Assembly: GCA_963779755.1 (NCBI GenBank)
Contig: CAVZZO010000001.1
Location: 1,945,650 to 2,009,649 of the forward strand
Length of the DNA: 64,000 nt
Reading direction: 5' to 3'
Source: an uncultured Gemmatimonadales bacterium
GTDB taxonomy: Bacteria > Gemmatimonadota > Gemmatimonadetes > Gemmatimonadales > GWC2-71-9
The notes under the pieces are model-generated. The model did not search any database. It was not told the DNA's origin and was given only the letters and a program-made list of their open reading frames with translations. The position numbers and the translations under genes were made by a program. Positions within the stretch are counted from its first letter, which is position 1. Each line of letters starts with the position of its first letter. Positions 18,403 to 26,955 of this stretch are shown here, piece by piece.

Positions 18403-19727
18403 CAGGATTCCGCCCCGCCGGCCGGGGCGGCGTGCCGGACCAGATACCATCCGGTGCCCGCCACGCCCAGGGCCAGCAGCGTGAAGGAAATGAACGACGC
18501 GAGCCCCGCGCCTTCCAGCCCCATGCGGGGGAGCAGGAACAGCGTGGCGGTGATCTTGACGACCGCCGCGCCGACGGTGAGGGTGGCGATGACCCCGGTA
18601 CGGCGCAGCAAGGCGTGCAGGTTGGCCAGCACCTGCACCGAGGCGTTGGCGGCGGCTCCCCATGCGATCCACCGGAGGGCCGGGGCGGCCGCGGCATACT
18701 GCGGGCCGGTCACCAGCCGGATCAGCGGGTCGGCCGCGAGGGTAAGCGCGGTGGCGGCCAGCAATACCAGCACCAGCGTGCCGCGATGAAACCGGGACAC
18801 CAGCCGGGCGGCGGCGCCGATGCCCGAGCGCGCCTGGCGCTGGAACACCATGGGGGGAAGGAGCGCGCCCAGCGGCACCACGATGAGCAGATTGGTGACG
18901 CCGCCCAGCCGGGCCGCCACGCCATACAACCCGGTGGATTCCAGGCCCAGGATGCTGTTCACCAGATACCGGTCCACCAGGCCGAGTCCCCATCCGCTTA
19001 CGTTGACCGCCACCAGCGGCAGGCCGTAGGCCAGCGCGGGGCGGAGGAACCGTTGCCAGTCCGCGGGCAGGCGGGGTCGGTCGCGCCGCACCAGCAGCCC
19101 CACCGTGGTTCCGCCCAGGGCGGCGCCCAGGCTGGCGAGTACGAAGCCGCGGATGCCCAGATGATGCACCACCAGGAGCAGCACCGCCAGCAGCGCGAGC
19201 AGCCCGCTCTGAACCGCCGCGAGCGAGGCGAAGCGTGCCGCATTGCCCGAAGCGCGCGCCGCCGCCTGCTGCAGGGCGAAGATGTTCTGGGCGACAAAAT
19301 AGGCCAGGGCCAGCGCGACGATCTCGCCGCTGCGGCTGCCCAGGACAAAATCCGAGAGGCCCGGCACCAGCCACATGGTGGCCATCAGCAGGGCGGCCGC
19401 ACCCAGGCTGACCAGGCCGACCAGCGCGGTGATGGCGCCGATCATCCGTCGCCGGTCCGACTCGTCCCGGTAATCGTAATATTCGCGCACCAGCGCCGAG
19501 TTGAGCCCCAGCAGGGTGACGGCCGAAAAAAGGCTGTAGGCCGCCGTGATCAGGGTGAGCGAGCCGAACCCCGCCAGCGACAGCGTACGGGCATAGACCG
19601 GCAGCAGCACGAACCCCATGGCCGTGGGCCCGACGGCGCCGGCCCCATAGAGGCCGGCCCGCAGGAGATAGCGAGGCTGCAGCCAGGCCGGCCGGGGGCG
19701 GGGTGCAGAGGTGGTGGTATTATTCAC
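18402..19727 (-). CDS. Wzx-type oligosaccharide flippase
   Basis: 12 or more TM segments; LLPVYARTLS...FG, LGLNSALVR, YGLPL and VDRYLV...GLYGVAARL are typical of the MOP/Wzx family. Confidence 0.88.
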   Translation of the reverse strand: MNNTTTSAPRPRPAWLQPRYLLRAGLYGAGAVGPTAMGFVLLPVYARTLSLAGFGSLTLITAAYSLFSAVTLLGLNSALVREYYDYRDESDRRRMIGAITALVGLVSLGAAALLMATMWLVPGLSDFVLGSRSGEIVALALAYFVAQNIFALQQAAARASGNAARFASLAAVQSGLLALLAVLLLVVHHLGIRGFVLASLGAALGGTTVGLLVRRDRPRLPADWQRFLRPALAYGLPLVAVNVSGWGLGLVDRYLVNSILGLESTGLYGVAARLGGVTNLLIVVPLGALLPPMVFQRQARSGIGAAARLVSRFHRGTLVLVLLAATALTLAADPLIRLVTGPQYAAAAPALRWIAWGAAANASVQVLANLHALLRRTGVIATLTVGAAVVKITATLFLLPRMGLEGAGLASFISFTLLALGVAGTGWYLVRHAAPAGGAES

Positions 19728-19758
19728 CGCGGCTGTCCCTCATCCGTCCGCGAGCCAC

Positions 19759-20982
19759 ATGATGCCATCTGCCGGAGCCGTTGCCGAGCCATCCGTCTGC
19801 CTGGTGGGCGACCTCCCGCCGCCGCCGGGCGGGGTGGCCACCTACTGCCGCGCGCTGGCGGAGGAACTGGCGCATCGGGCGTGGGCGGTGCATCTGGTGG
19901 ATACCTCGGGCGGCCGCGGCAAGTCGCTGCCCGCGGGCCTGCGGCGCTACGATGCCATCACCCCGCTGGGCAGCCTGCTCTGGAGCATTCCCGGCGGCAT
20001 CCCGGCGGGGCTGCACCCGGCAGCCTTTCGCGATCGGGTGCGCTTCCGCGCGCTGCGCGGCCGGCTGCGTGCGCTGTTGCGGCAGACCCCGTCTCAGCTG
20101 GTTCATGCCAACCACGCCGGGATCCGCAGCTGGGCGGCGCTCTGCGCATCGCGCTCGGCCGGCGTGCCGTTCGTCCTCACCATCCACGGGGCCGAGTTTT
20201 CGGCGGAGGCACTGGCACCGCTCCGTCCAGCCGCCGTGGCTCTGTGCCGGGCGGCCGATGCGATCATTGCCAACTCGGCGTTCACGGCCGGCGCCGCGCG
20301 CGCCTGCGGAGTCGACGCGCCGATCGAGATCATCCCCCTCGGCGTGGATACCCGGCGCTTCCATCCCGGCCCGGTGCCCGAGCCCTTTCTGCAGCGCTAC
20401 CGGATCGACCCCGCACGCCGGCGGATCCTCTTCGGCGGGTGGATCTCCCGCAACAAGGGGCCCGACGTGCTGCTGGCGGCGCTGCGCCTGCTGCCGCCGG
20501 CGGAGCGCGACGGGGTCGAGTGTCTCTTCGTCGGTCCGGATCGCGGATGGGGTGCGGAGCTGCGCTCGCAGATCGCCTCGTCCGGCCTGGACGGCGTGCG
20601 TCTGCTCGAGCCGGAGCGGCCGGAGGATTTCCCGCTGTTCTACCGGACGGCGGATGTCTTCGTTCTTCCTACCCGCGAGTACGAAGGGTTCGGCCTCGCG
20701 GCGCTGGAGGCGCTGGCCTCGGGTTGTGCCGTAGTGGCCTCGGATCTGGGTGGAATCCCCGAGGCGGTGGCGGGGAATACGGCCGCCCGGCTGGTGCCGC
20801 CCGGCGATGCCTCCGCTCTGGCCGGCGAGCTCCGGAGGCTGCTGGCCGACCGCGAGGCCCTCGCGGCATTGCGCGAGCGGGCGGCGGTTGAGGCGGCCGA
20901 ACGCACCTGGGCGCGGGTGGCGGCGCATACCGAGGTGGTCTATCGGCGGCTGCTGGATGCTCCCTCCCGGCGCGCCCGATAG
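19759..20982 (+). CDS. Glycosyltransferase family 4
   Basis: Motifs PPPGGVATY, LTIHG, IANSAFT, IPLGVD, RNKG and EGFGLAALEALASG (EX7E). Confidence 0.9.
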   Translation: MMPSAGAVAEPSVCLVGDLPPPPGGVATYCRALAEELAHRAWAVHLVDTSGGRGKSLPAGLRRYDAITPLGSLLWSIPGGIPAGLHPAAFRDRVRFRALRGRLRALLRQTPSQLVHANHAGIRSWAALCASRSAGVPFVLTIHGAEFSAEALAPLRPAAVALCRAADAIIANSAFTAGAARACGVDAPIEIIPLGVDTRRFHPGPVPEPFLQRYRIDPARRRILFGGWISRNKGPDVLLAALRLLPPAERDGVECLFVGPDRGWGAELRSQIASSGLDGVRLLEPERPEDFPLFYRTADVFVLPTREYEGFGLAALEALASGCAVVASDLGGIPEAVAGNTAARLVPPGDASALAGELRRLLADREALAALRERAAVEAAERTWARVAAHTEVVYRRLLDAPSRRAR

Positions 20983-20996
20983 CGCGCGCGGCGGCA

Positions 20997-22034
20997 TCAG
21001 GGCCGGGGCAGCCGGCCGAACAGCCGGGCCTGCGCCGAGGCGTGCAACCGGCGCAGCAGGGGTGAGGCGGTTCCGTCCAGCGGCTGGCTGATGGTCCGGA
21101 GCAGGGCCAGCGCCGTTCCAATGAAGGCGGACAGCACGGCCGTCAGGATGACCGTGGCCCGACGCTTGGGCCAGCTGGGGCGCACCGGCAGGGAGGCGGG
21201 CTCCAGCACGGTGATGAGCGGTGTGCTGTTCACTTCTTCCAGCCGGGCATTGTCGAACTCGTGGCGCAGTCCGTCGGTGACCTCCTGCCGGCTGTCCACC
21301 CGGTGGGAGAGCCGCTGGTAGGTGAACGACAGCTCGGGGGAAGAGTAGACCTTGTTGCGCTTCAGGAACTCCTGCAGCGTGTCCTCCGCGGACCGGACCT
21401 CCTGTTCCGCCTCGGTCAATCGGGATTCCAGAAACTGCCGTTTGACGTGCGCCCGGGTTTGCCGGGTTTCGATGTTGTAGGTATTGACCGACTGCACCAG
21501 GGAATCGGTCAGCTCCTGCGCCAGAGCGGGGCAGGCGGCTTCGAGGACCACCGTGACCACGCCGGTGTGCAGGTCCACGCCGGCGGACACCAGGTCGTTC
21601 AGCCGCTTGCGTCCCCGGAAGAGCGAGTCGGCGGGAGACCGGCCGCCGGCATCCAGGAGTTCCAGGACCGTGGCGGCAGGCCGGCCGCAGGTCTCGCTGG
21701 GGCGGATGCGCAGCAGATGATCGAACACCGGCCGCGACTGGAGCAGCCGGATATAGAAGGCCGGCGACTCGGCGCTGGCGCTCTTGAGGTTGAGCTGGCT
21801 GATGAGTCCCAGCACGGCCGAGGGCAGATTGATCCCCTCGCCCGCCTCGGGCACGAACGACGATTCCGACTGATAGCGCCGGGGTGTCAGCAGCACCACG
21901 ATAACGGCGATGATCGTGGCGGCAATGGGAATGCCGAAGGCCAGCAGCGGCTGGCGCCGGGCGCCCTCCCAGGCGGCGGCAACCGTGCCGCTCAGGGAGG
22001 ACAGCACGCCTTCGGGGCGGCGGTCGTCGGGCAT
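20997..22034 (-). CDS. Wzz/GumC-like polysaccharide chain-length determinant
   Basis: N-terminal TM followed by PRRYQSESS, a central coiled coil, and a proline-rich ITVLEPASLPVRPSWPKR before the C-terminal TM. Confidence 0.82.
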   Translation of the reverse strand: MPDDRRPEGVLSSLSGTVAAAWEGARRQPLLAFGIPIAATIIAVIVVLLTPRRYQSESSFVPEAGEGINLPSAVLGLISQLNLKSASAESPAFYIRLLQSRPVFDHLLRIRPSETCGRPAATVLELLDAGGRSPADSLFRGRKRLNDLVSAGVDLHTGVVTVVLEAACPALAQELTDSLVQSVNTYNIETRQTRAHVKRQFLESRLTEAEQEVRSAEDTLQEFLKRNKVYSSPELSFTYQRLSHRVDSRQEVTDGLRHEFDNARLEEVNSTPLITVLEPASLPVRPSWPKRRATVILTAVLSAFIGTALALLRTISQPLDGTASPLLRRLHASAQARLFGRLPRP

Positions 22035-22086
22035 TGCATCCGGGTGTTGTGGCAAGGTACAGGAAACTCGCTGCCAACGGCCCGGT

Positions 22087-22920
22087 TCACAAGCCTTCCC
22101 GCCGGAAGATTCCCAGGCGCATGTCGGCGCAGCGCGAGGCGTAGCGGGCGTGGAGGCGAGCCGCCGGCCCCTCACCGCGGCAGAGCAGGTAATCGTCGCT
22201 CCGCAACACCGGCGCTCCCGCCTGCGCCAGGGTTCGCTCCAGCCGGTCCCACTCGATATGATCGTCGGGCCAGACGTGCAGGTCGCCGTCGGGCTGATAG
22301 CGCGGGTTGGTGAGACGGCGGAGCCGGAGCATCCAGCGCGCCGGCGACGCCAGACGCCGGAGCCGCCCGGCCGAGCCTCCCCGGGCCTGGAACTGGAGCC
22401 CGGTCAGCTCGCGCCGGTAGGCCTGCAGGTCAGGGCCGGGGGCCCAGTATGCCGGCCCCGCTTCGTGGTCGAGAAACAGCACCCCACCCGGCCGGAGTAC
22501 CCGGACCATGTCGCGCGCGGCGGCAAGGTAGTCGGGAACGTGGTGCAGGACCGAGTAGGCGCCCAGGAAGTCAAAGGCCTGGTCCGGCAGGCCGGCGAGA
22601 TCGATACCGTTGAGAACGAAGCGCCGCTCCGCCGGCAGGCCCAGCCGGTCGCCGACCGCGGCGACCGAGCGTGGGGACACATCCGCCACCGTGACCTGGG
22701 CTCCCAGCGCCGCGAGCTGCTCGGCCAGGTTGCCGTCGCCGGTGCCGAAATCGAGGCTGCGGGGCCGCTCGGAGCCGGTGGCGGCCAGCGCACCGGCCAG
22801 CGCCTTCCTCAGCCGGTGCTGCTCGACCTCGTTGTAGATCTCGGGATGGCGGGAGCGATAGGTGGCGACGCCCCGATCGTGCGCCGAGATGTTGTGCTGA
22901 ATCCTGGCATCGCGGCGCAC
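22087..22920 (-). CDS. Class I SAM-dependent methyltransferase
   Basis: Motif I LDFGTGDG, plus VADVS, FDFL..YSVLHHVPD and RVLRPGG. GTG start inferred. Confidence 0.85.
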   Translation of the reverse strand: MRRDARIQHNISAHDRGVATYRSRHPEIYNEVEQHRLRKALAGALAATGSERPRSLDFGTGDGNLAEQLAALGAQVTVADVSPRSVAAVGDRLGLPAERRFVLNGIDLAGLPDQAFDFLGAYSVLHHVPDYLAAARDMVRVLRPGGVLFLDHEAGPAYWAPGPDLQAYRRELTGLQFQARGGSAGRLRRLASPARWMLRLRRLTNPRYQPDGDLHVWPDDHIEWDRLERTLAQAGAPVLRSDDYLLCRGEGPAARLHARYASRCADMRLGIFRREGL

Positions 22921-22930
22921 GGGGACTCTG

Positions 22931-23431
22931 CTACTTCGCGGCCGTGCTGTCGCCGCCTGCCGCGGGCGGCGCGTTATCGCTGTTCCAGATGTCGGTAGCG
23001 GCATGCCACTCGCCGTTATCGCCCTTGACCCAGACCACCACATACTTGCCGTTGTCCTTCATCGGCTGCGGCCCGCCCGCGGAAAGTGTCCAGGTGCCCC
23101 GCTCGGCGGCCATGTCGCCGGAGCCGGCGACCTGGATGTCACCGGGAGTAATCACCAGCTTCACATCGGGCAGCTGCCACAGGCCGGCCCAGAAGGCCCG
23201 GATACTGGCTGCGCCGCTCTGGCTCGGTTGGTTGGGCGGCATCAGGACGCCGTCGGCCGTGTAGAGCGCGGCGATCCCCGAGTCGTTCCGGGCGACGATC
23301 ATCTGGTTCCAGCTCTGGTCCCGGTCGCGGATCGCCTGCTGGACGGCGGCGGTATCGACCGTCGGCCGGGGCTGCCCGCAGGCGGCGAGCAGCGCGAGCG
23401 CTGCTGCCCCGGCAAGGCGCGGGATACGCAT
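22931..23431 (-). CDS. NTF2-like (DUF4440/YybH) lipoprotein
   Basis: Lipobox LAAC; ALYTADGVLMPPN and GKYVVVWVK...W....DIWNSD; AGGAG RBS upstream. Confidence 0.85.
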   Translation of the reverse strand: MRIPRLAGAAALALLAACGQPRPTVDTAAVQQAIRDRDQSWNQMIVARNDSGIAALYTADGVLMPPNQPSQSGAASIRAFWAGLWQLPDVKLVITPGDIQVAGSGDMAAERGTWTLSAGGPQPMKDNGKYVVVWVKGDNGEWHAATDIWNSDNAPPAAGGDSTAAK

Positions 23432-23488
23432 GGGATTGCTCCTGGGAAAGGGGTGAGGCGGAATAGTCGGCCCCATCCCGGCGGAGTG

Positions 23489-25165
23489 TCAAGCCGTGCC
23501 GTCGGGGCAGGCCGGCGCCGCCGCCCAGGCCTGCGCTGCGGCAAGAAAGGCGGCCAACGCTTCCCCGTCGCCGGCCTTCACGGCCTCGGTCAGCGCCCGC
23601 AGCACGTCCTGCAACGCCTGCAGGGCTGTCGCATCGGCCACCCGGTTGCTGCGCACCGCGCCGGCCCACAGCAGGGGGGAGCTCAGCGCCAGCCGCGTGG
23701 TGTCGCGGCCGCCCGGCCCCAGGGACGCCCGCGGCGTCCCCGCCTGCCGCAGGGCGAGCGCCAGGGCGGAAGCCAGCAACTGGGGCAGATGGCTGGTCCA
23801 GGCCATCTCCGCGTCGTGCTGCTCCGCCTTCATGCGCCGGCAGCGCGCCCCGAGGGCCAGCCACAGGCGCTCGGCCGAGGCAATACTGTGGGCGGCGCTC
23901 TGCGGGCCGGGGCAGATATAGACCGTCGCATTCTGAAAGAGTCCCAGCCGCGAGGCCTCCCAGCCCGAGCGGTGATCGCCGGCCAACGGGTGTGTCCCGA
24001 CGAAATTGCCCAGGCCCAGCCGGGCGGCGGTCGCGACGATCTCCTGCTTGGTGCCCCCGACATCGACCACGGTATCGTAAATGCCGGTCCGGGAGGCATT
24101 GGCCTGGAGCCAGGCGGGGGCCGCCTCCGGCGGGATGGCGAGGATGAGCATCTCGGCGCGGGCGTCCGGCTCGTCGCAGGTGATGATGCCCTCGGCCCGG
24201 GCCTGTTGCAGGGTCCCGGCATCGGCGTCTTCGCCCTGCACCCGGCAGCCGCGAGCCGCCAGCTCGCGGGCGATGGAACCTCCGATGAGGCCCAGCCCGA
24301 CGATCCGCGCCGTCTCGAAAGGCCGCTCGGGCCGGCTGCCCCCGCTTCGGCCGAACCGGCCCAGCAGCCGGAGCGAGGTCGCCACGCGGTGCGCCCGCTC
24401 GACGGCCCGGTCCCAGGAGGCCTCATCGACGTTGGTATCCAGCTCGAGAATGAAGCGGTAGGTCCAACGCTCCCGGGCCGGGCGCGCCTCCAGTCTGGCG
24501 AGATTGATCCCGGCATCGGCGAAGGGCAGCAGCAACGCCGCGAGTGCACCGGGGTGGTTGGCCGTCTCGGCCAGGAGTACGGCGCGGCCGGTGCTCGCGG
24601 AGCGAAGGGGAGCGGAGCCCGGTGGCCCGACCAGGTAGAAGCGGGTTTCGTTGTCGGAGCGGTCCTGGACCTCTTCCGCCAGCAGCGTGAGTCCATAGTG
24701 CCGGGCGGCTTTGCGGCCGGCCAGCGCCGCCAGCGTCCGGTCGCCCGATTCCGCGACGAGGCGCGCGGCGCCGGCCGTATCGGCTACGGCCTGTGCCAGG
24801 ATGGCGGGGTGGCGCGCAAGAAACCGGGTACACTGACTCAGGGCGACGGGATGCGAAAGGATACGGCGGAGGCCCGGCCATTCCGTACCGGGGAGCGCCG
24901 CGAGGCAAAGGGGGATGCGATGCGTGAACTCATCCAGAATGACCAGATCCCCGCCGGCAAGCAGATCGTAGACGTCGGCGATGCCGCCGGCGGTCGAGTT
25001 CTCCACCGGCAGGAGCCCGTACTCGGCTCCGCCGGAGAGCACCGTTCGCGCCACGGCGCCAAAGTCGGGGCAGGGCAGGGCCGTGGCCGAAGGCGCGGCG
25101 CCGAGAATCGCCTCCTCGCTGAACGCACCCGGTTCGCCCTGGTAGGCGATGCGTACCGCGCTCAC
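23489..25165 (-). CDS. Fused prephenate dehydratase-ACT-prephenate dehydrogenase (PheA PDT + TyrA)
   Basis: PDT motifs YQGEPGAFS, PVENS, SHPVALSQC, NETRF; ACT motif PGAL...INLARLEARP; TyrA motifs IVGLGLIGGS, DVGGTK, HPLAG, HD...TSHLPQ, RDTTRLA. All in one continuous frame; GTGA overlap with the upstream gene. Confidence 0.88.
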   Translation of the reverse strand: MSAVRIAYQGEPGAFSEEAILGAAPSATALPCPDFGAVARTVLSGGAEYGLLPVENSTAGGIADVYDLLAGGDLVILDEFTHRIPLCLAALPGTEWPGLRRILSHPVALSQCTRFLARHPAILAQAVADTAGAARLVAESGDRTLAALAGRKAARHYGLTLLAEEVQDRSDNETRFYLVGPPGSAPLRSASTGRAVLLAETANHPGALAALLLPFADAGINLARLEARPARERWTYRFILELDTNVDEASWDRAVERAHRVATSLRLLGRFGRSGGSRPERPFETARIVGLGLIGGSIARELAARGCRVQGEDADAGTLQQARAEGIITCDEPDARAEMLILAIPPEAAPAWLQANASRTGIYDTVVDVGGTKQEIVATAARLGLGNFVGTHPLAGDHRSGWEASRLGLFQNATVYICPGPQSAAHSIASAERLWLALGARCRRMKAEQHDAEMAWTSHLPQLLASALALALRQAGTPRASLGPGGRDTTRLALSSPLLWAGAVRSNRVADATALQALQDVLRALTEAVKAGDGEALAAFLAAAQAWAAAPACPDGTA

Positions 25166-25461
25166 GCCTCTTCCACCTGGACCCCGCGGCACAGGCCGAT
25201 CACCTGCCAGAGGAGCTGGCGCACCTCCTCCACCGGGAGGCCGGATTCCCGGGCAAAGACCGCCGCCCGCCGGACCACCGCCGCCTCCTGGGCCGGATCC
25301 ACCAGGGGGAGCCGGGCGTTGCGCTTGATCTCCCCCGCCTCACGGGCCAGCGACATGCGTTCGGCGAGGAGCGTGAGCATCTGCCGGTCCAGTTCTTCGA
25401 TCTCCACCCGCAGCTGCTCCAGGAGCTGCTGCGGCGCGGCACCGCTGCACCTGGTCGTCAT
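25162..25461 (-). CDS. Chorismate mutase (AroQ type II, stand-alone)
   Basis: LEQLRVEIEELDRQMLTLLAER...GEIK...P..DPAQE; ATGA overlap with aroF. Confidence 0.88.
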   Translation of the reverse strand: MTTRCSGAAPQQLLEQLRVEIEELDRQMLTLLAERMSLAREAGEIKRNARLPLVDPAQEAAVVRRAAVFARESGLPVEEVRQLLWQVIGLCRGVQVEEA

Positions 25462-26504
25462 GCGGCCTCCCCGGCCTCGCAGGCCGGCAGGGGATCCAGG
25501 GTGCGGCCGGCCGCCTCGGCGATGAGCCGGACCCGGCGCATGCACGCGGCGAACTCGACCAGCGACAGCGACTGGTCGCCGTCGCTCCGCGCCTGGCTGG
25601 GATCGGGATGGACTTCGATGAGGAGCCCGTCCGCCCCGGCGGCCACCGCGGCGCAGGCGAGCGGCGGGACCAACGCAGCCCGTCCGGCGGCGTGGCTGGG
25701 ATCGACCAGCACCGGGAGGTGAGTTTCGCGCTTCAGGACGGGAACGGCGGCAATATCCAGCGTGTTGCGGGTGGACGTCTCGAAGGTGCGGATGCCCCGT
25801 TCGCAGAGGACCACGTCCGGGTTGCCCCGGGCCAGCACGTGCTCGGCGGCGTGCAGCAGCTCGGTGATCGTGGCACCCATGCCGCGCTTCAGGAGCACCG
25901 GCCGGCGGATACGGCCGGCCTCCGCCAGGAGAGTGTAGTTCTGCATGTTGCGCGCGCCGATCTGGATCATGTCGGCCACCTCGGCGACCTGCTCCATCCG
26001 GCGCGGGTCCATCACTTCGGTGACCACCGGCAAGCCGCTGGCCCGGCGCGCCTCGGCGAGGAGGGGGAGCGCGTCCTCGCCCAGGCCGGCGAAGGAATAG
26101 GGGGAGGTGCGGGGCTTGAAGGCCCCGCCGCGCAGCAGGGTGGCCCCCGCTGCCCGCACCGCGCGCGCCGACTGGAGCAGCATGTCGGCCCCTTCCACCG
26201 AGCAGGGGCCGGCAATCACCGCCACCTCGCGGCCGCCGATGCGGGCCGGCCCCACCCGGACGACGGTGGGCTCGCCGGTGCCGAGCGCCGCCAGCGGACA
26301 GGACACCGGGAGGGGCAGGGCGGCCTCCACCAGCGGATGCGCTCGGAGCAGATCCGGATCGACCGGGCCGGTTTCGGGGATGCAGCGGAGCAGGGCGCCG
26401 TGCTCGCCGCGGGAGCATCGGGTGCGGGCGCCGCGGGATTCGATTAACTCACGCAGCTGATCGAGCTGCTGCTCGGTGGCGCCGCGACGAACCAGAATGA
26501 GCAT
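25458..26504 (-). CDS. aroF: 3-deoxy-7-phosphoheptulonate (DAHP) synthase, class I-beta with N-terminal regulatory domain
   Basis: Motifs IAGPCSVE, RGGAFKPRTSPY, QIGARNMQN, LLKRG, LCERGIRTFE, DPSH, EVHP...SDG. GGAGGT RBS before the ATG at 26504. Confidence 0.95.
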   Translation of the reverse strand: MLILVRRGATEQQLDQLRELIESRGARTRCSRGEHGALLRCIPETGPVDPDLLRAHPLVEAALPLPVSCPLAALGTGEPTVVRVGPARIGGREVAVIAGPCSVEGADMLLQSARAVRAAGATLLRGGAFKPRTSPYSFAGLGEDALPLLAEARRASGLPVVTEVMDPRRMEQVAEVADMIQIGARNMQNYTLLAEAGRIRRPVLLKRGMGATITELLHAAEHVLARGNPDVVLCERGIRTFETSTRNTLDIAAVPVLKRETHLPVLVDPSHAAGRAALVPPLACAAVAAGADGLLIEVHPDPSQARSDGDQSLSLVEFAACMRRVRLIAEAAGRTLDPLPACEAGEAA

Positions 26505-26524
26505 ACCGTACCTCCGGGGGGGAC

Positions 26525-26556
26525 AAAAAAAGCGGCCCGTGAATTTCACGGGCCGC
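26525..26556 (-). terminator. Intrinsic terminator (attenuator) upstream of aroF
   Basis: Minus strand GCGGCCCGTGAAATTCACGGGCCGC forms a perfect hairpin followed by 7 T, about 20 nt upstream of the aroF start. Confidence 0.92.
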
Positions 26557-26578
26557 CGTCTTCGGAAACGCAGGGTCG

Positions 26579-26662
26579 CTAGACTCGCAAACGCCCGGTT
26601 CCGCGGCCCGTGGTTGGGGTCGCGTAGCTGAAATAGAAAGCGAAGCGGGAGCGTGTGGTCAC
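26579..26662 (-). CDS. Phe/Tyr-rich leader peptide MTTRSRFAFYFSYATPTTGRGTGRLRV (27 aa)
   Basis: GTG...TAG with codons 7-13 = F A F Y F S Y; lies between a sigma70-like promoter and a terminator upstream of a Phe/Tyr biosynthetic operon. Confidence 0.82.
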   Translation of the reverse strand: MTTRSRFAFYFSYATPTTGRGTGRLRV

Positions 26663-26668
26663 GTGCTA

Positions 26669-26697
26669 TTGATACCATCCGGGCCGGCGGGCGTCAA
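26669..26697 (-). promoter_or_regulatory. Sigma70-type promoter of the aroF operon
   Basis: TTGACG-17 nt-TATCAA with a TGn extended -10. Predicted +1 falls on or next to the leader GTG. Confidence 0.72.
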
Positions 26698-26702
26698 GTA
26701 TT

Positions 26703-26737
26703 TTCCCCTTTCCCCCTTCCCGTTTCCCTGTTCTCTG
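26703..26737. repeat. Five degenerate heptamers (TTCCCNN)
   Basis: TTCCCCT TTCCCCC TTCCCGT TTCCCTG TTCTCTG. Confidence 0.6.
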
Positions 26738-26790
26738 CGTGCCGGTCCCTTTCGCGAACGGCGGCACCGGCGCAGATTGCACCGGTGTTC

Positions 26791-26864
<74 letters not shown>

Positions 26865-26870
26865 TTGAGG

Positions 26871-26910
26871 ACGGCAGGACGGCAAGACGGGAGGACGGCA
26901 GGACGGCAAG
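26871..26910 (+). repeat. Second ACGGCA(G/A)G octamer array (5 units)
   Basis: ACGGCAGG ACGGCAAG ACGGGAGG ACGGCAGG ACGGCAAG; same unit as at 1748. Confidence 0.9.
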
Positions 26911-26955
26911 GAATATCCTCGACCCTCTTAGTCCCCTCGACACCTCGACCCACCC

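Noticed and set aside
13837-19374. Long fused-looking ORFs 13837-15657 and 16372-19374
   Set aside because: Their N-terminal parts are off-frame overlaps with the ligase and flippase genes; coupled ATGs exist at 15009 and 18402.
26505-26678. 58-aa N-terminal extension of AroF in the ORF track
   Set aside because: That ATG lies inside the promoter and the extension crosses a terminator, while the ATG at 26504 has a strong GGAGGT RBS.
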